A stretch of DNA of 64,000 nt from Myxococcota bacterium (GCA_965228475.1 OZ245817.1:2144001-2208000); one strand, 5' to 3'. Shown: positions 37,728 to 48,045, counted from the stretch's first letter. The notes: a model not told the origin generated them from the letters alone. Program-made: numbers and translations.

Positions 37728-38810
37728 GTGAGGGTCACCGGCGGACGCCTCGGAGGCCGCAGGCTCCGCGTCCCGCGCGGTGACCTCGTCCGCCCGACGG
37801 CGGACCGGGTCCGGGAGTCCCTGTTCGCGCGCCTCGGCGGGCTCGACGGCGCGCGGGTCCTCGACGCCTTCGCGGGAACCGGAGCCCTCGGCATCGAAGC
37901 GCTCTCGCGCGGCGCGGGTCACGCGGTCTTCGTCGAGCGGGCGAAGCCGGCGTTGGCCGTGCTCCAGGAGAACCTGCGGAGCCTCGAGCTCGGCGCCGTG
38001 AGCCGCGTCGTGCGCGGGGACACCCGCGGCGCGCTCCGCCGGCTCGGCCGCACGAAGGAGCGCTTCGATTGGATCTTCCTCGACCCGCCCTACGGCGACG
38101 AGACCCTGGCCGAGGTGCTGGCGCTCGCCGCGGAGGTGCTCGCCGGGGAAGGCTCGATCCTCGTCGAATCGGACCGCAGGACCCCCTTGCCGGAAACGCC
38201 CGGGCTCGCGATTCTCGACGCCCGTCCCTATGGGGACACGGTCGTCACCCGGCTCTCGCGCTCCGGTACCCAGGGGGCGGAGGCGCCCGCCAGGAGCCCC
38301 AAGCCCATGAGCCAATCCGACGGATCGCGCGTCGCGCTCTTCCCGGCCAGCTTCGACCCGGTCACGAACGGCCACCTCGACATCATCGAGCGGTCCCTGC
38401 GCGTGGTCGATCGCCTGATCGTGGGCGTGGCCCACAACGTGGCGAAGAAGGGGGCCTTCTCGGTCGAGGAGCGGCTCGAGATCCTGAACGAGGTGCTCGG
38501 CGACGAGCCTCGTATCGAGGTGACGGCCTTCGAAGGGCTGCTGGTCGACTTCTGCCGCGAGGCAGGCGCGCGCATCGTGATCCGGGGCCTGCGCGCCATG
38601 TCGGACTACGAGTACGAGTTCGAGATGGCGCTCATGAACAAGCACCTGAATCCCGACGTCGAGACGGTCTTCATGATGGCGAGCCAGGAGTATCTCTACG
38701 TGAGCTCTTCGCGCCTGAAGGAGCTCACGCGCTTCGGCGGCAACGTCTCGGACTTCGTTCCGGCGGTCGTCGAGAAGCGGCTGCGCGAGAAGCTCCAGCC
38801 CGGGCAATGA
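37728..38810 (+). CDS. rsmD: 16S rRNA m2G966 methyltransferase, reading in frame into coaD (apparent RsmD-CoaD fusion)
   Basis: RVTGG..GRRL, RPTADRVRESLF, LDAFAGTGALGIEALSRGA and DPPY. No stop codon before coaD. Confidence 0.85.
   Translation: MRVTGGRLGGRRLRVPRGDLVRPTADRVRESLFARLGGLDGARVLDAFAGTGALGIEALSRGAGHAVFVERAKPALAVLQENLRSLELGAVSRVVRGDTRGALRRLGRTKERFDWIFLDPPYGDETLAEVLALAAEVLAGEGSILVESDRRTPLPETPGLAILDARPYGDTVVTRLSRSGTQGAEAPARSPKPMSQSDGSRVALFPASFDPVTNGHLDIIERSLRVVDRLIVGVAHNVAKKGAFSVEERLEILNEVLGDEPRIEVTAFEGLLVDFCREAGARIVIRGLRAMSDYEYEFEMALMNKHLNPDVETVFMMASQEYLYVSSSRLKELTRFGGNVSDFVPAVVEKRLREKLQPGQ
38307..38810 (+). CDS. coaD: Pantetheine-phosphate adenylyltransferase
   Basis: FPASFDPVTNGHLDII, RGLRAMSDYEYE and SSSRLKE. 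Internal ATG with AGGAG upstream. Confidence 0.93.
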   Translation: MSQSDGSRVALFPASFDPVTNGHLDIIERSLRVVDRLIVGVAHNVAKKGAFSVEERLEILNEVLGDEPRIEVTAFEGLLVDFCREAGARIVIRGLRAMSDYEYEFEMALMNKHLNPDVETVFMMASQEYLYVSSSRLKELTRFGGNVSDFVPAVVEKRLREKLQPGQ

Positions 38811-38817
38811 ACTTCGG

Positions 38818-40257
38818 ATGAAGCCGCGTCCGCGACCCATCCGCTTCGGGACGAGCGGATGGCGGGGGATCTTCGGCGAGGAGATCACGATCGCCCGTGC
38901 GGCTGCGGTGGCGACGGCGGTGTCGCGTTGGCTGGCCGAGACCGGCGCCAAGGGTCCGGTCCTGCTCGCCCGCGATGTCCGGGCCGGCGGCGCGGCCCTC
39001 GTCGAGGCGGCCTCCGAGGCCCTCGTTCGCACGGGAACGTCGGTGGATCGGGCCGACGCGCCGCTGCCGACTCCGGCCGCCACCCGGGCCGTCGCCCGGG
39101 GGCACTACGCCGCGGCGCTGGTCTTCACGGCCAGCCACAACCCGCCGGCCTATCAGGGGCTGAAGGTCTTCGGTGCCGAGGGGGCCGGCCTCGAACCCCG
39201 GGCGACGCGCCGGCTCGAGCGGCTGGCCCTCGAAGCGCTGGCGGGCCCCGACCGGTCGGCGTCGCGCCGGCGCGGCCGCGTCCGGCGCATCGACCCGCTC
39301 GCGGCCTACCTCGACGCCCTTTCCGGCGTGATCGACCGCGAGGCGATGGCCCGGCGCCGCCCGACCCTTCACTACGACGCCCTGCACGGGGCCGGCGCAG
39401 GCGTCCTCGACCGGGTCCTCGCCGAGGCGGGCGCCCGGGTGGTTCCCGAGCGCTGCGGACGCGACGCGCGCTTTGCCGGCGGGAGTCCGGACCCGGTGCC
39501 CGAGCGGCTGGGCGGTCTCATGCGCCGCGTGCGCAAGACGCGAGGGCTCGTGCTCGGTCTGGCCACCGACGGGGACGCCGACCGCTTCGCGGCCGTCGAC
39601 GCCTCGGGGCATCTCCTGACCGCGACCCAGGGCCTCGCGCTCCTCGTCGACCACCTGGCCGAGACGGGGCGCGTCACGCGCGGCGTGGCCCTCTCCGTCG
39701 CGACGGGATCGCTGGTCGAGCGCGTTGCGCGCGCCCATGGCTTGCGGGTCGTACGCCACCCGATCGGCTTCAAGTGGCTCTCGCGCTCGCTCCTCGCGGG
39801 GGACTGCGACTGCGCGGGCGAGGAGAGCGGCGGCTTCGCCTGGGGACGGCACGGCGTCGACAAGGACGGCGCCCTTGCCGGAGCGCTGTTGGCGGACCTC
39901 TTGGCGCGTTCGGGAGAGCCGCTCGGCCGGCGCATCGAGCGCCTCGAGCGGCGCTTCGGTGCGAGCCGCTGCGGGCGCGTGGCGACGCCCGCGAGCGACC
40001 GCGCCGACCGTGCCCTGGCGCGGCTCGTCCGAACGCCTCCGGCCCGGGTTCTCGGCGAGCGGGTGACCGACGTCGACCGCCGGGACGGCCTTCGCCTCGG
40101 CCTGGCCGATGGCTTCGTGATGCTGCGGCGCTCGGGGACCGAGCCCCTGGTCCGGATCTATGCCGAGGGGCGCTCTGCCGCGGCCCTGGGCGCGCGCCTG
40201 GCGGAGGGGGCTCGCTGGCTCGGAGGGGAGCCGTCGGGTAACTTCGCAGAAGGATGA
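38818..40257 (+). CDS. Phosphoglucomutase/phosphomannomutase family protein
   Basis: FGTSGWRG, TASHNP, DGDADR, GEESGG and RSGTEP. Confidence 0.9.
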   Translation: MKPRPRPIRFGTSGWRGIFGEEITIARAAAVATAVSRWLAETGAKGPVLLARDVRAGGAALVEAASEALVRTGTSVDRADAPLPTPAATRAVARGHYAAALVFTASHNPPAYQGLKVFGAEGAGLEPRATRRLERLALEALAGPDRSASRRRGRVRRIDPLAAYLDALSGVIDREAMARRRPTLHYDALHGAGAGVLDRVLAEAGARVVPERCGRDARFAGGSPDPVPERLGGLMRRVRKTRGLVLGLATDGDADRFAAVDASGHLLTATQGLALLVDHLAETGRVTRGVALSVATGSLVERVARAHGLRVVRHPIGFKWLSRSLLAGDCDCAGEESGGFAWGRHGVDKDGALAGALLADLLARSGEPLGRRIERLERRFGASRCGRVATPASDRADRALARLVRTPPARVLGERVTDVDRRDGLRLGLADGFVMLRRSGTEPLVRIYAEGRSAAALGARLAEGARWLGGEPSGNFAEG

Positions 40258-40381
40258 AGGATTTTCGCCCCTTGGCGGTCGCGGCGCGTGTCGTTCCTGG
40301 ATCCCGTTCCGGCGCAGGCCGGGTCCCGGGCTTCCAGCCGGGCGCCTCGGTCCGGGCCGGGCCTGAACTCGGAGGGGGCGC

Positions 40382-41590
40382 ATGAGTCCGCGCCGCGTCC
40401 TTCTCATCGTCTCGGGCGGCATTGCGGCCTACAAGGCCCCGGAGCTGGTCCGGGCCCTTCGCGCGGCGGGACACGAGGTCCGCTGCGTCCTCACGGCGGC
40501 CGCCGAGCGCTTCGTCGCACCGCTCTCGCTACAGACCGTGTCCGGCCAGCGGGTGCGGACGGCGCTCTTCGACGCCGAACAGGAAGGCGAGATCGATCAC
40601 ATCGCCCTGGCGGATACCGCGGAGCTGGTGCTCGTGGCGCCGGCCACGGCGGACCTGCTGGCGAAGATGGCTCACGGCCTCGCCGACGATCTCGCGTCCA
40701 CGCTGCTCCTGGCCACGCGCGCGCCGGTGCTCGTCGCGCCGGCGATGAACGTCAACATGTGGCAGCACGCGGCCACGCGGCGGAACGTCGAGACGCTGCG
40801 GGAGCGCGGCGTCCGCTTCGTCGGCCCCGATGCCGGGGCCCTGGCCTGCGGCTGGGAAGGCGAGGGCCGCATGAGCGACCCGTCGGCCATCGCGGCGGCG
40901 GCGGAGCTCGCGCTGGGGACGCGCGCCTGGGAAGGCGAGACGGTGCTCGTCACCGCGGGCGGCACGCGCGAAGCGATCGACCCGGTGCGGAGCCTCACCA
41001 ACCGCTCTTCGGGGAAGATGGGTTTCGCCATCGCGGCCGAGGCGGCGCGGCGCGGCGCGCGCGTCGTGCTCGTCGCGGGGCCGGCTTCCCTGCCGACGCC
41101 CGCCGGCGTCCGCCGGGTCGACGTCGAGTCGGCGCTCGAGATGCACCGGGCCGTCTTCGCCGAGCTGGCGGAGGCCACCGTCGTGGTGAAGGCCGCGGCC
41201 GTCGCGGACTTCCGGCCGAAGCAGGCCGAGGGCCGCAAGATCAAGAAGGAAGGTCTCGCCGAAGACGCGGGGCTCACGCTGGAACTCGTTCCGAACCCGG
41301 ACATCCTGGCCGAGGTCTCCCGCGAAAAAGGGCCGCGGATCGTGGTCGGGTTCGCGGCGGAGAGCCACGACCTCGTCCCCGCCGCCCAGCGCAAGCTGGC
41401 CCGGAAGGGGTGCGACCTGATCGTGGCCAACGACGTCTCCCGCGCCGGCGTGGGCTTCGACGCCGACCAGAACGCGGTGACCCTCGTCTGGCCCTCGGGC
41501 GAGGTGGAGGAGCTGCCGGTCCAGCCGAAGGCGGCCGTCGCCGGCCAGCTGCTCGACCGCCTCGAGAAGCTTCGGAGCGGGCGCGGATGA
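40382..41590 (+). CDS. coaBC: Bifunctional phosphopantothenoylcysteine decarboxylase/synthetase
   Basis: GGIAAYK, APAMNVNM, LACG..G.GRM, TAGGTRE.IDPVR..NRSSGKMG and GFAAES. Confidence 0.96.
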   Translation: MSPRRVLLIVSGGIAAYKAPELVRALRAAGHEVRCVLTAAAERFVAPLSLQTVSGQRVRTALFDAEQEGEIDHIALADTAELVLVAPATADLLAKMAHGLADDLASTLLLATRAPVLVAPAMNVNMWQHAATRRNVETLRERGVRFVGPDAGALACGWEGEGRMSDPSAIAAAAELALGTRAWEGETVLVTAGGTREAIDPVRSLTNRSSGKMGFAIAAEAARRGARVVLVAGPASLPTPAGVRRVDVESALEMHRAVFAELAEATVVVKAAAVADFRPKQAEGRKIKKEGLAEDAGLTLELVPNPDILAEVSREKGPRIVVGFAAESHDLVPAAQRKLARKGCDLIVANDVSRAGVGFDADQNAVTLVWPSGEVEELPVQPKAAVAGQLLDRLEKLRSGRG

Positions 41591-42978
41591 ACCCGAGGAG
41601 GAAACGGACACCGATGATTCCCAGAGGGGCCGAAGCCTCGTTCTCTGCGCTTCGCGCCATGGCCGTGGCCCTGCTGATCGCCAGCGCGGCGCTCGCGGCG
41701 AGCCCGGCGGCGGCGGTGGGCCACATCAACGTCGCGACGATCTCCGGGTCGATCAACCCGGCCTCGGCGGACCACCTGATGAAGGTGATCGCGCGCAGCG
41801 AGCAGGACGGCGCGGCGGCGGTCCTGATCGAGCTCGACACGCCCGGCGGCCTCCTCGCGGCGACCAAGGACATCGTCCAGGCGATCCTGAACGCGAAGGT
41901 TCCCGTGATCGTCTACGTCTCGCCCCACGGGGCCTGGGCCGCCTCGGCGGGCACCTTCATCACCATGGCCGGGCACGTCGCGGCCATGGCGCCCGGCACG
42001 AGCATCGGTGCGGCGCACCCCGTCGGCATCGCCGGCGGCAACAAGGGGCCGGCCGAGGACGAAGAAGGCAACGCCCAGCGCGACTTCGCGGCCGAGAAGG
42101 CCGAGAACTTCACCTCGAGCTTCATCGAATCCATCGCGCGCGAGCGCGGGCGCAACGCCGAGTGGGCGGTCGAGGCCGTCCGCAACTCCGTCGCGATCAA
42201 CCAGGACGAGGCGGTCGAGAAGAAGGTCGTCGACTTCGTGGCGGACACGCGGGCGGAGGTCATCGCCAAGGCCAACGGCCGGACCGTGAAGCTTCCCGGC
42301 GAGGAGCGGACCCTCGATCTCGAGGGCGCCGAGGTCGTCGACGTCCCGATGTCGCGCATGAACCGCTTCTTCGACGTGCTCGCGAGTCCGGACCTGGCCG
42401 TGCTGCTGATGCTCGCGGGCATGCTCGGGATCTACGTCGAGGTCACGAACCCGGGTCTCATCTTCCCCGGCTTGATCGGCGCCGTCTGCCTGATCCTCGG
42501 CTTCGTGGCGCTGCAGATCCTGCCGTTCTCCTGGCTCGGGCTCTTCCTGCTCGCCGGGGGCCTGGCGCTCTTCGTGGCGGAGATCTTCTTCACCTCCTTC
42601 GGGCTGCTGTTCGCCGCGGGGGTGGTGTGCCTGTTACTCGGGGGCTCGATGCTCTTCGACATGCCCGAGGTGAACGACCTGAACGTCTCGTTCTTCCGGG
42701 TGCTGCTGCCGGCGGTGGTGGGGATGTCGGCCTTCGTCGGCCTGGTCATCATCGCGATCACCCGCAGCATGGCCCTGCCCGAGATCACGGGGCAGGGCGA
42801 GCTGGTAGGGCTCGCCGGGAAGGCCCAGACCGACCTCTCGCCCGAGGGGATGGTCTTCGTACGCGGGGAGATCTGGCAGGCCGAGGCCGAGGGAGAGATC
42901 GCCTCGGGCGACCGCATCGAGGTGGTCGGCGTGGATGGTTTGCGTTTGCGGGTACGCAAGGCGGGCCAGGCCAGCTAG
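41587..42978 (+). CDS. nfeD: NfeD (ClpP-like membrane protease, long form)
   Basis: LDTPGG, AASAGTFI, MAPGTSIGAAHPV, a TM block, and C-terminal OB motif GEIWQA. Confidence 0.9.
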   Translation: MNPRRKRTPMIPRGAEASFSALRAMAVALLIASAALAASPAAAVGHINVATISGSINPASADHLMKVIARSEQDGAAAVLIELDTPGGLLAATKDIVQAILNAKVPVIVYVSPHGAWAASAGTFITMAGHVAAMAPGTSIGAAHPVGIAGGNKGPAEDEEGNAQRDFAAEKAENFTSSFIESIARERGRNAEWAVEAVRNSVAINQDEAVEKKVVDFVADTRAEVIAKANGRTVKLPGEERTLDLEGAEVVDVPMSRMNRFFDVLASPDLAVLLMLAGMLGIYVEVTNPGLIFPGLIGAVCLILGFVALQILPFSWLGLFLLAGGLALFVAEIFFTSFGLLFAAGVVCLLLGGSMLFDMPEVNDLNVSFFRVLLPAVVGMSAFVGLVIIAITRSMALPEITGQGELVGLAGKAQTDLSPEGMVFVRGEIWQAEAEGEIASGDRIEVVGVDGLRLRVRKAGQAS

Positions 42979-43005
42979 CGTCCGAGCATAGAGAGAGGAG
43001 GGGGC

Positions 43006-43794
43006 ATGCTTCCGAGTGCTGGAATCGCACTGATCGTCCTGCTTGTGCTCGTCATCACGGGCTTCAAGGTCATCAAAGAGTACGAGCGCGGCGTCGTGTT
43101 CCGGCTGGGCCGGTACGTCGGCATCCGGAACCGCGGCCTCCAGTGGATCATCCCGATGGTGGATCAGATGACCCGCGTGAGCCTGCGCGAGGTCGTCATG
43201 GACGTGCCCTCGCAGGAGGTCATCACCCGCGACAACGTCTCGGTGAAGGTGAACGCGGTGCTGTACTTCCGGGTGCTCCACCCGGAGCAGGCCGTGATCC
43301 AGGTCGAGAACTATCTCTACGGCACTTCGCAGCTCGCGCAGACGACGCTGCGCAGCGTGTGCGGCCAGGCCGAGCTCGACGAACTCCTCGCCGAGCGCGA
43401 CCAGATCAACCAGAAACTCCAGGAGATCATCGACCAGCAGACCGAGCCCTGGGGCGTGAAGGTCCGCGCCGTCGAGGTGAAGCAGATCGACCTGCCCCAG
43501 GAGATGCAGCGGGCCATGGCCAAGCAGGCCGAGGCCGAGCGCGAGAAGCGCAGCAAGATCATCCACGCCGAGGGCGAGTTCCAGGCGGCCGAGCGCCTGG
43601 CCGAGGCCTCGCAGGTCCTCTCCGCCCAGGGTGGATCCGCCATGCAGCTGCGCTATCTGCAGACCCTCGCGGAGATCTCCACGGAGCGCTCCTCGACGAT
43701 CGTCTTCCCGCTGCCCCTCGATCTGATCAAGCCGCTGGTCGGCGCGCTCGGTGACGGCGAAGGCGGATCGAATCAAGGTCAGGGACAGGGATAG
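43006..43794 (+). CDS. Slipin/stomatin-like SPFH protein
   Basis: [35 protein letters not shown] and LRYLQTL. Confidence 0.92.
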   Translation: MLPSAGIALIVLLVLVITGFKVIKEYERGVVFRLGRYVGIRNRGLQWIIPMVDQMTRVSLREVVMDVPSQEVITRDNVSVKVNAVLYFRVLHPEQAVIQVENYLYGTSQLAQTTLRSVCGQAELDELLAERDQINQKLQEIIDQQTEPWGVKVRAVEVKQIDLPQEMQRAMAKQAEAEREKRSKIIHAEGEFQAAERLAEASQVLSAQGGSAMQLRYLQTLAEISTERSSTIVFPLPLDLIKPLVGALGDGEGGSNQGQGQG

Positions 43795-43806
43795 GAGAGT
43801 CCGGAG

Positions 43807-44784
43807 TTGGTCGACGAAGAACGGGTCCCGCCGCCCGAGAAGGTGAGCGGGCAGGTGGGACGACGGTTCGCCAACGGCGCGACGGTGCTGCTCTCCCTCG
43901 TCCTGCTCGGGGCGTGGGCCTTCTTCGGGTACTACGAGCTCGAGCCCGGCGAGCATGCGGTGATCCTGCGCATGGGCACCTACGACCGCACCGTGACCTC
44001 GCCCGGGCCGAAGGTGCATCTGCCGCCGCCGCTCGAGAGCCACGAGATCGTGCGCGTCGCCGAATCCCAGCGCGAGCAGTTCGGCGGCGCCCAGCAGGAG
44101 CCCGACTCCGTCGAAGGGCGGCTCGAGGCCGGAATCCAGACCCAGGCCAACAACGTCGTGCTCGTGCAGTTCTCGATCCAGTACCGGATCAAGGATGCCT
44201 TCTACTCGCGCTACCGCGTGGCGAGCCCGCGCGAGGTGGTGCGCGACGCCGCCCAGGCGGCCATCCGCGAGGTGATCGGCCGGACCGAGGTCGACGGCGT
44301 TCTCTACGGAAAGAAGGCGCTGGTCGCGAGCCAGACGCGGCAGGTCCTCCAGGACATGCTCGACGGCTACGAGGCCGGCCTGGCCATCGACGAGGTGAAC
44401 CTCGAGGACGTCCAGGCGCCCGACGCGGTGAAGCAGGCCTTCAGCGACGTCGTCTCCGCGGACCAGGACCGCGAGACGCGCATCAACGAAGCCCAGGGCT
44501 ACGCCAACGAGGTGCTGCCGAAGGCACGGGGCGAAGCCAGCGAGCTGCGCGAGGCGGCCCAGGCCTACCGCGATTCCAAGATCGCCCAGGCCACCGGCGA
44601 GGCCCAGCGCTTCAGCGCGCTCTACGCCGAATACAAGAAGGCTCCCGAGGTCACGCGCAAACGGCTCTACCTCGAGACCATGGAAGAGGTCCTCCCGGAC
44701 GTGGAGAAGGTGATCATCCAGCCGGGGAGCCAGGTGCTGCCCTACCTCCCGATCGGCCCGAGCGGAAAGGTGGGCTCCCAATGA
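43807..44784 (+). CDS. hflK: FtsH modulator HflK
   Basis: SPFH domain, AFSDV..A..D, INEAQGYANEVLPKARG and APEVTRKRLYLETME. Confidence 0.92.
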   Translation: MVDEERVPPPEKVSGQVGRRFANGATVLLSLVLLGAWAFFGYYELEPGEHAVILRMGTYDRTVTSPGPKVHLPPPLESHEIVRVAESQREQFGGAQQEPDSVEGRLEAGIQTQANNVVLVQFSIQYRIKDAFYSRYRVASPREVVRDAAQAAIREVIGRTEVDGVLYGKKALVASQTRQVLQDMLDGYEAGLAIDEVNLEDVQAPDAVKQAFSDVVSADQDRETRINEAQGYANEVLPKARGEASELREAAQAYRDSKIAQATGEAQRFSALYAEYKKAPEVTRKRLYLETMEEVLPDVEKVIIQPGSQVLPYLPIGPSGKVGSQ

Positions 44785-45668
44785 GGCGGCTGCTGAGCAT
44801 CGCGCTGGTCGTGCTCGCCATCGTGGCCGGCCTGCTGTTCGCGGGAAGCCGCGGCATCGGCCCCGTCCTGATCACCCACGAGGGCGAGCAGAAGATGGTG
44901 CTGCGCCTGGGTTCGGTCGCCGCGGTGCGGACGGAGCCCGGCCTCTGGTGGCGCATTCCGCTGATCGACGACGTGCTCGTCTTCGAGCGACGCCTGCTCT
45001 ACTTCAACGCCGACCCGATCTCGATCCAGACGGAAGACGCCCAGCCGATCATCATCGACTACTACGTGCTCTGGCAGATCGAAGACCCGCGCCTCTTCTA
45101 CGAGTCCTTTCCGGGCGGCGTGAACGTGGACCGGGCCGTGGATCAGATCCGGCAGGTGGTGGGTGCCGACGTCCAGGAGCTGGTCGGCCAGTACAAGCTC
45201 GACGAGGTGATCACGACGGAGCGCGCAGCGCTCATGGAGAAGATGACGAGCCAGGCGAACGAGGCCCTCGCCCGCTACGGCATCTCGGCCGAGGACGTCC
45301 GCATCAACCGCACGGAGCTTCCGGAGGAGACCCTCGGCAACGTCTACACCCGGATGCGCACCGAGCGCGAGCGCCTCGCGCGGAAGTATCGGGCCGAGGG
45401 TGACGAAGAGGGCCGCCGCGTGAAGGCCGAAGCCGACCGGGACGCGCGGGTGATCGTCGCCGAGGCCGAGCGCGACGCCAACATCCTGCGCGGTGAGGGA
45501 GACGCCGAGGCGGCGCGCATCTACGCCGAGGCCTACAACGCCGACCCCGAGTTCTACGACTTCCAGCGGAGCCTCGAGGCCTACCGCAAGGCGATCGGCA
45601 AGGGCACCACGCTGGTGCTCCCGCCGGATTCGGAGTTCTTCCGGCTGCTCGGAAACCCCTCGCCCTAG
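44781..45668 (+). CDS. hflC: FtsH modulator HflC
   Basis: DVRINRTELP, RMRTERER.A..YRAEG, RGEGDAEA and FYDFQRSLEAY. Confidence 0.92.
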   Translation: MRRLLSIALVVLAIVAGLLFAGSRGIGPVLITHEGEQKMVLRLGSVAAVRTEPGLWWRIPLIDDVLVFERRLLYFNADPISIQTEDAQPIIIDYYVLWQIEDPRLFYESFPGGVNVDRAVDQIRQVVGADVQELVGQYKLDEVITTERAALMEKMTSQANEALARYGISAEDVRINRTELPEETLGNVYTRMRTERERLARKYRAEGDEEGRRVKAEADRDARVIVAEAERDANILRGEGDAEAARIYAEAYNADPEFYDFQRSLEAYRKAIGKGTTLVLPPDSEFFRLLGNPSP

Positions 45669-45681
45669 GTTCGGCCGGCCG

Positions 45682-46761
45682 CTAGGAGGGGATCCGGCGG
45701 AGCCGGAACCCGCCCAGCACCAGGAACAGGGCCGCGACCATCCAGGGTGCCCATTCTGCGTAGGCGAGGCCCCGGCTCGAGACCATCGAGGCGATTCCGT
45801 TCACGAACCAGAACGCGATGAGCAGCATGACGCCCTGGAGCGCCGGCTGCGCCAGGCTGCGCGTGCGCTCGGCCCGGAAGGCGACGGGCACGGCGAGCAG
45901 GGCGAAGAGGAAGACGGTCAGCGGCGCGGCCAGCCGGGCCTGGAGGATGCCGCGGAAGAGCCGGGTGTTCTCGCCTTCTCGCTCGCGCGCCTCGATGTAG
46001 CGGTAGAGGTCGCCGGCCGAGAGCATGGCCGGGTCGGCTTCGAGCACGCCGAGGTCCGGGTCGTCGGCGACGGTGAGCACGATCTCGCGGGTGCGCTCGA
46101 AGTCCGCGCTGCGGGACGGGTCGTCCGGGTCGAAGCGCCGGACGACGGCGTCGTGGAAGCGCCAGGCGTCGGGGCCCTCGATGGAGGCGCGCTCGGCGTG
46201 GACGCTGCGCGCGAGACGCTCCTTCGTGTCGCGCTCGTAGACGCTCACGCCGTACAGGGTGCCGCTCGCCGCGTCCGCCCGGCGGATGTTGTAGATCGTG
46301 CGCCCGCGGTGGTACCAGAACGAGCCCCCGCGGAAGACGATGTCCGGGCCGTCCGCCTGCTCGGGCCGCTCGACGTAGTGCCGGGCGCGCACGACCAGGG
46401 TGTCGTTCACGAAGCCCGTGAGCAGGGTCAGCACGGCGGCGGCGCCGAGGACGGGGAGGGCGAGGCGCAGGGGGGAGATGCCCCCCGCCTTGGCCGCGAT
46501 CACTTCGAGCCCCAGGGCCGCGGTTCCCAGGGTGAACAGGACCGCCGCGAAGGCGGCGATCGGAATCAGGTACTCGAAGTGCATGGCGGGAAGCCGCATC
46601 AGGAGGTAGACCAGGGGCTGCAACCCGTCGCCTCCGAGTTCGCGGACGCGCTCGAACTCGATCAACAGGTCGGCGCTGGCCGCCACGGCACACAGCAGGC
46701 CGAAGCACGTGCCGAACCAGAAGAGGAAGCGGACCAGGACGTAGCGCGAGAGAATTCGCAC
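45682..46761 (-). CDS. LptF/LptG-family LPS export permease
   Basis: MRILSRYV, EVIAAKAGGISPLRL and a 3+3 TM layout flanking a soluble domain. Confidence 0.82.
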   Translation of the reverse strand: MRILSRYVLVRFLFWFGTCFGLLCAVAASADLLIEFERVRELGGDGLQPLVYLLMRLPAMHFEYLIPIAAFAAVLFTLGTAALGLEVIAAKAGGISPLRLALPVLGAAAVLTLLTGFVNDTLVVRARHYVERPEQADGPDIVFRGGSFWYHRGRTIYNIRRADAASGTLYGVSVYERDTKERLARSVHAERASIEGPDAWRFHDAVVRRFDPDDPSRSADFERTREIVLTVADDPDLGVLEADPAMLSAGDLYRYIEAREREGENTRLFRGILQARLAAPLTVFLFALLAVPVAFRAERTRSLAQPALQGVMLLIAFWFVNGIASMVSSRGLAYAEWAPWMVAALFLVLGGFRLRRIPS

Positions 46762-46844
46762 GCGGCGGAGGCTAGCATTGCTTCTCCGCGCCCGGGTCGC
46801 CGAGCCCGAGGACCCCGGACCCTCCGGGTCGCGCGGTGAAGTGG

Positions 46845-47813
46845 ATGGAGACCGCCTTGCAGGTCGTTCGCAGTAGCCTCGCCTTGCCCGAGCCGCCGCC
46901 GGCTGCGGTGCTGACCATCGGGAACTTCGATGGGCTGCACCGGGGGCATCGCGCCATCACCGAGGTGGTCCGGACCCGGGCGAGCGCGCTCGGGGGGACG
47001 GCGGTCGTCTATACCTTCGAGCCCCACCCGCGCACGGTCCTCCAGCCGGACCACGCCCCGCGCATGCTGCTCACGCTGGATCAGAAGCTCGAGCTGCTCG
47101 AAGCCGCGGGCATGGATCTGGTCGTCCTCGAACCCTTCGACGCCGATTTCGCCAAGACCGCGCCCGAGCGCTTCGTCCGGGACTACGTCCACGCGCGCCT
47201 CGACCCGCGCGAGGTCTACGTCGGCTACGACTTCCACTTCGGCCGCGACCGCGAGGGCTCCATGCGGCTGCTCACCGAGATGGGCCCGCACCTCGGCTTC
47301 TCGGTCACCGTGATCCCCGAGGTCACCGTCGACGGCCGGGACGTGAACTCGACCCGCATCCGGGGGCTGCTCGCGGAGGGCGACGTCGTGGAGGCGGGTG
47401 CCCTCCTGGGCCGGGCCTACGCCGTGCGGGGGGACATCGTGCGCGGCGAGCAGCGCGGCCGGACGCTCGGCTTTCCGACGCTCAACTTGGCGCCGCAGAG
47501 CGAGGTCCTGCCCGGGGTCGGGGTCTACGCCGGGCGCGTGCGCTTCCTCGATGCCGGCGATCCGGAGAAGGGCGCCGAGTTCGAGACCGTCGTGAACGTC
47601 GGCTTCCGGCCGACCTTCGAGGCCGGCAGCCTGCCGCTCGCCGAGGCGCACCTGCTCGACTTCTCGGGCGACGTCTACGGCCGGCGCATCGAGCTGGCTT
47701 TCGAGCACCGCCTCCGCGAGGAGCGCCGCTTCCCGGGGCCGGACGCCCTGCGCGAGCAGATCGCGCGGGATGCCGAGCAGGCCCGGGAGCTTCTGTCCGA
47801 ACGATCGGCTTGA
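46845..47813 (+). CDS. ribF: Bifunctional riboflavin kinase / FAD synthetase
   Basis: TIGNFDGLHRGH, TFEPHP, VGYDFHFG and GRTLGFPT.N. Confidence 0.96.
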   Translation: METALQVVRSSLALPEPPPAAVLTIGNFDGLHRGHRAITEVVRTRASALGGTAVVYTFEPHPRTVLQPDHAPRMLLTLDQKLELLEAAGMDLVVLEPFDADFAKTAPERFVRDYVHARLDPREVYVGYDFHFGRDREGSMRLLTEMGPHLGFSVTVIPEVTVDGRDVNSTRIRGLLAEGDVVEAGALLGRAYAVRGDIVRGEQRGRTLGFPTLNLAPQSEVLPGVGVYAGRVRFLDAGDPEKGAEFETVVNVGFRPTFEAGSLPLAEAHLLDFSGDVYGRRIELAFEHRLREERRFPGPDALREQIARDAEQARELLSERSA

Positions 47814-47874
47814 CGCCGCGCGGTTCGCGCCAAGCGGGTTCGCGGTCCGGGCCAAACGGTGTTCCACGGGAAAC

Positions 47875-47913
47875 TCGGGCTTTCGCCCGAAAGCGTCTCG
47901 GGGCTTTCCCCGA
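47875..47913. repeat. Two related 16-bp palindromes between ribF and pilB
   Basis: TCGGGC-TTTC-GCCCGA (47875-47890) and TCGGGG-CTTT-CCCCGA (47898-47913). Confidence 0.6.
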
Positions 47914-48045
47914 TCCACCGCTCCTCACCGGATCGGCCGTTTCCGTGCCGCTTCGGGCCGCTTGCGCCCGCGTTTCCGTGAGTCGGCGCACGCTCTTGCC
48001 GGTGCCCTGCTGCAAGGCTGCCGGGCGCGGCCTTCGGGAGAACGG

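Noticed and set aside
47983..48000. Sigma-54-like TCGGCGCACGCTCTTGCC upstream of pilB
   Set aside because: The GG-to-GC spacing is 11, not the required 10.
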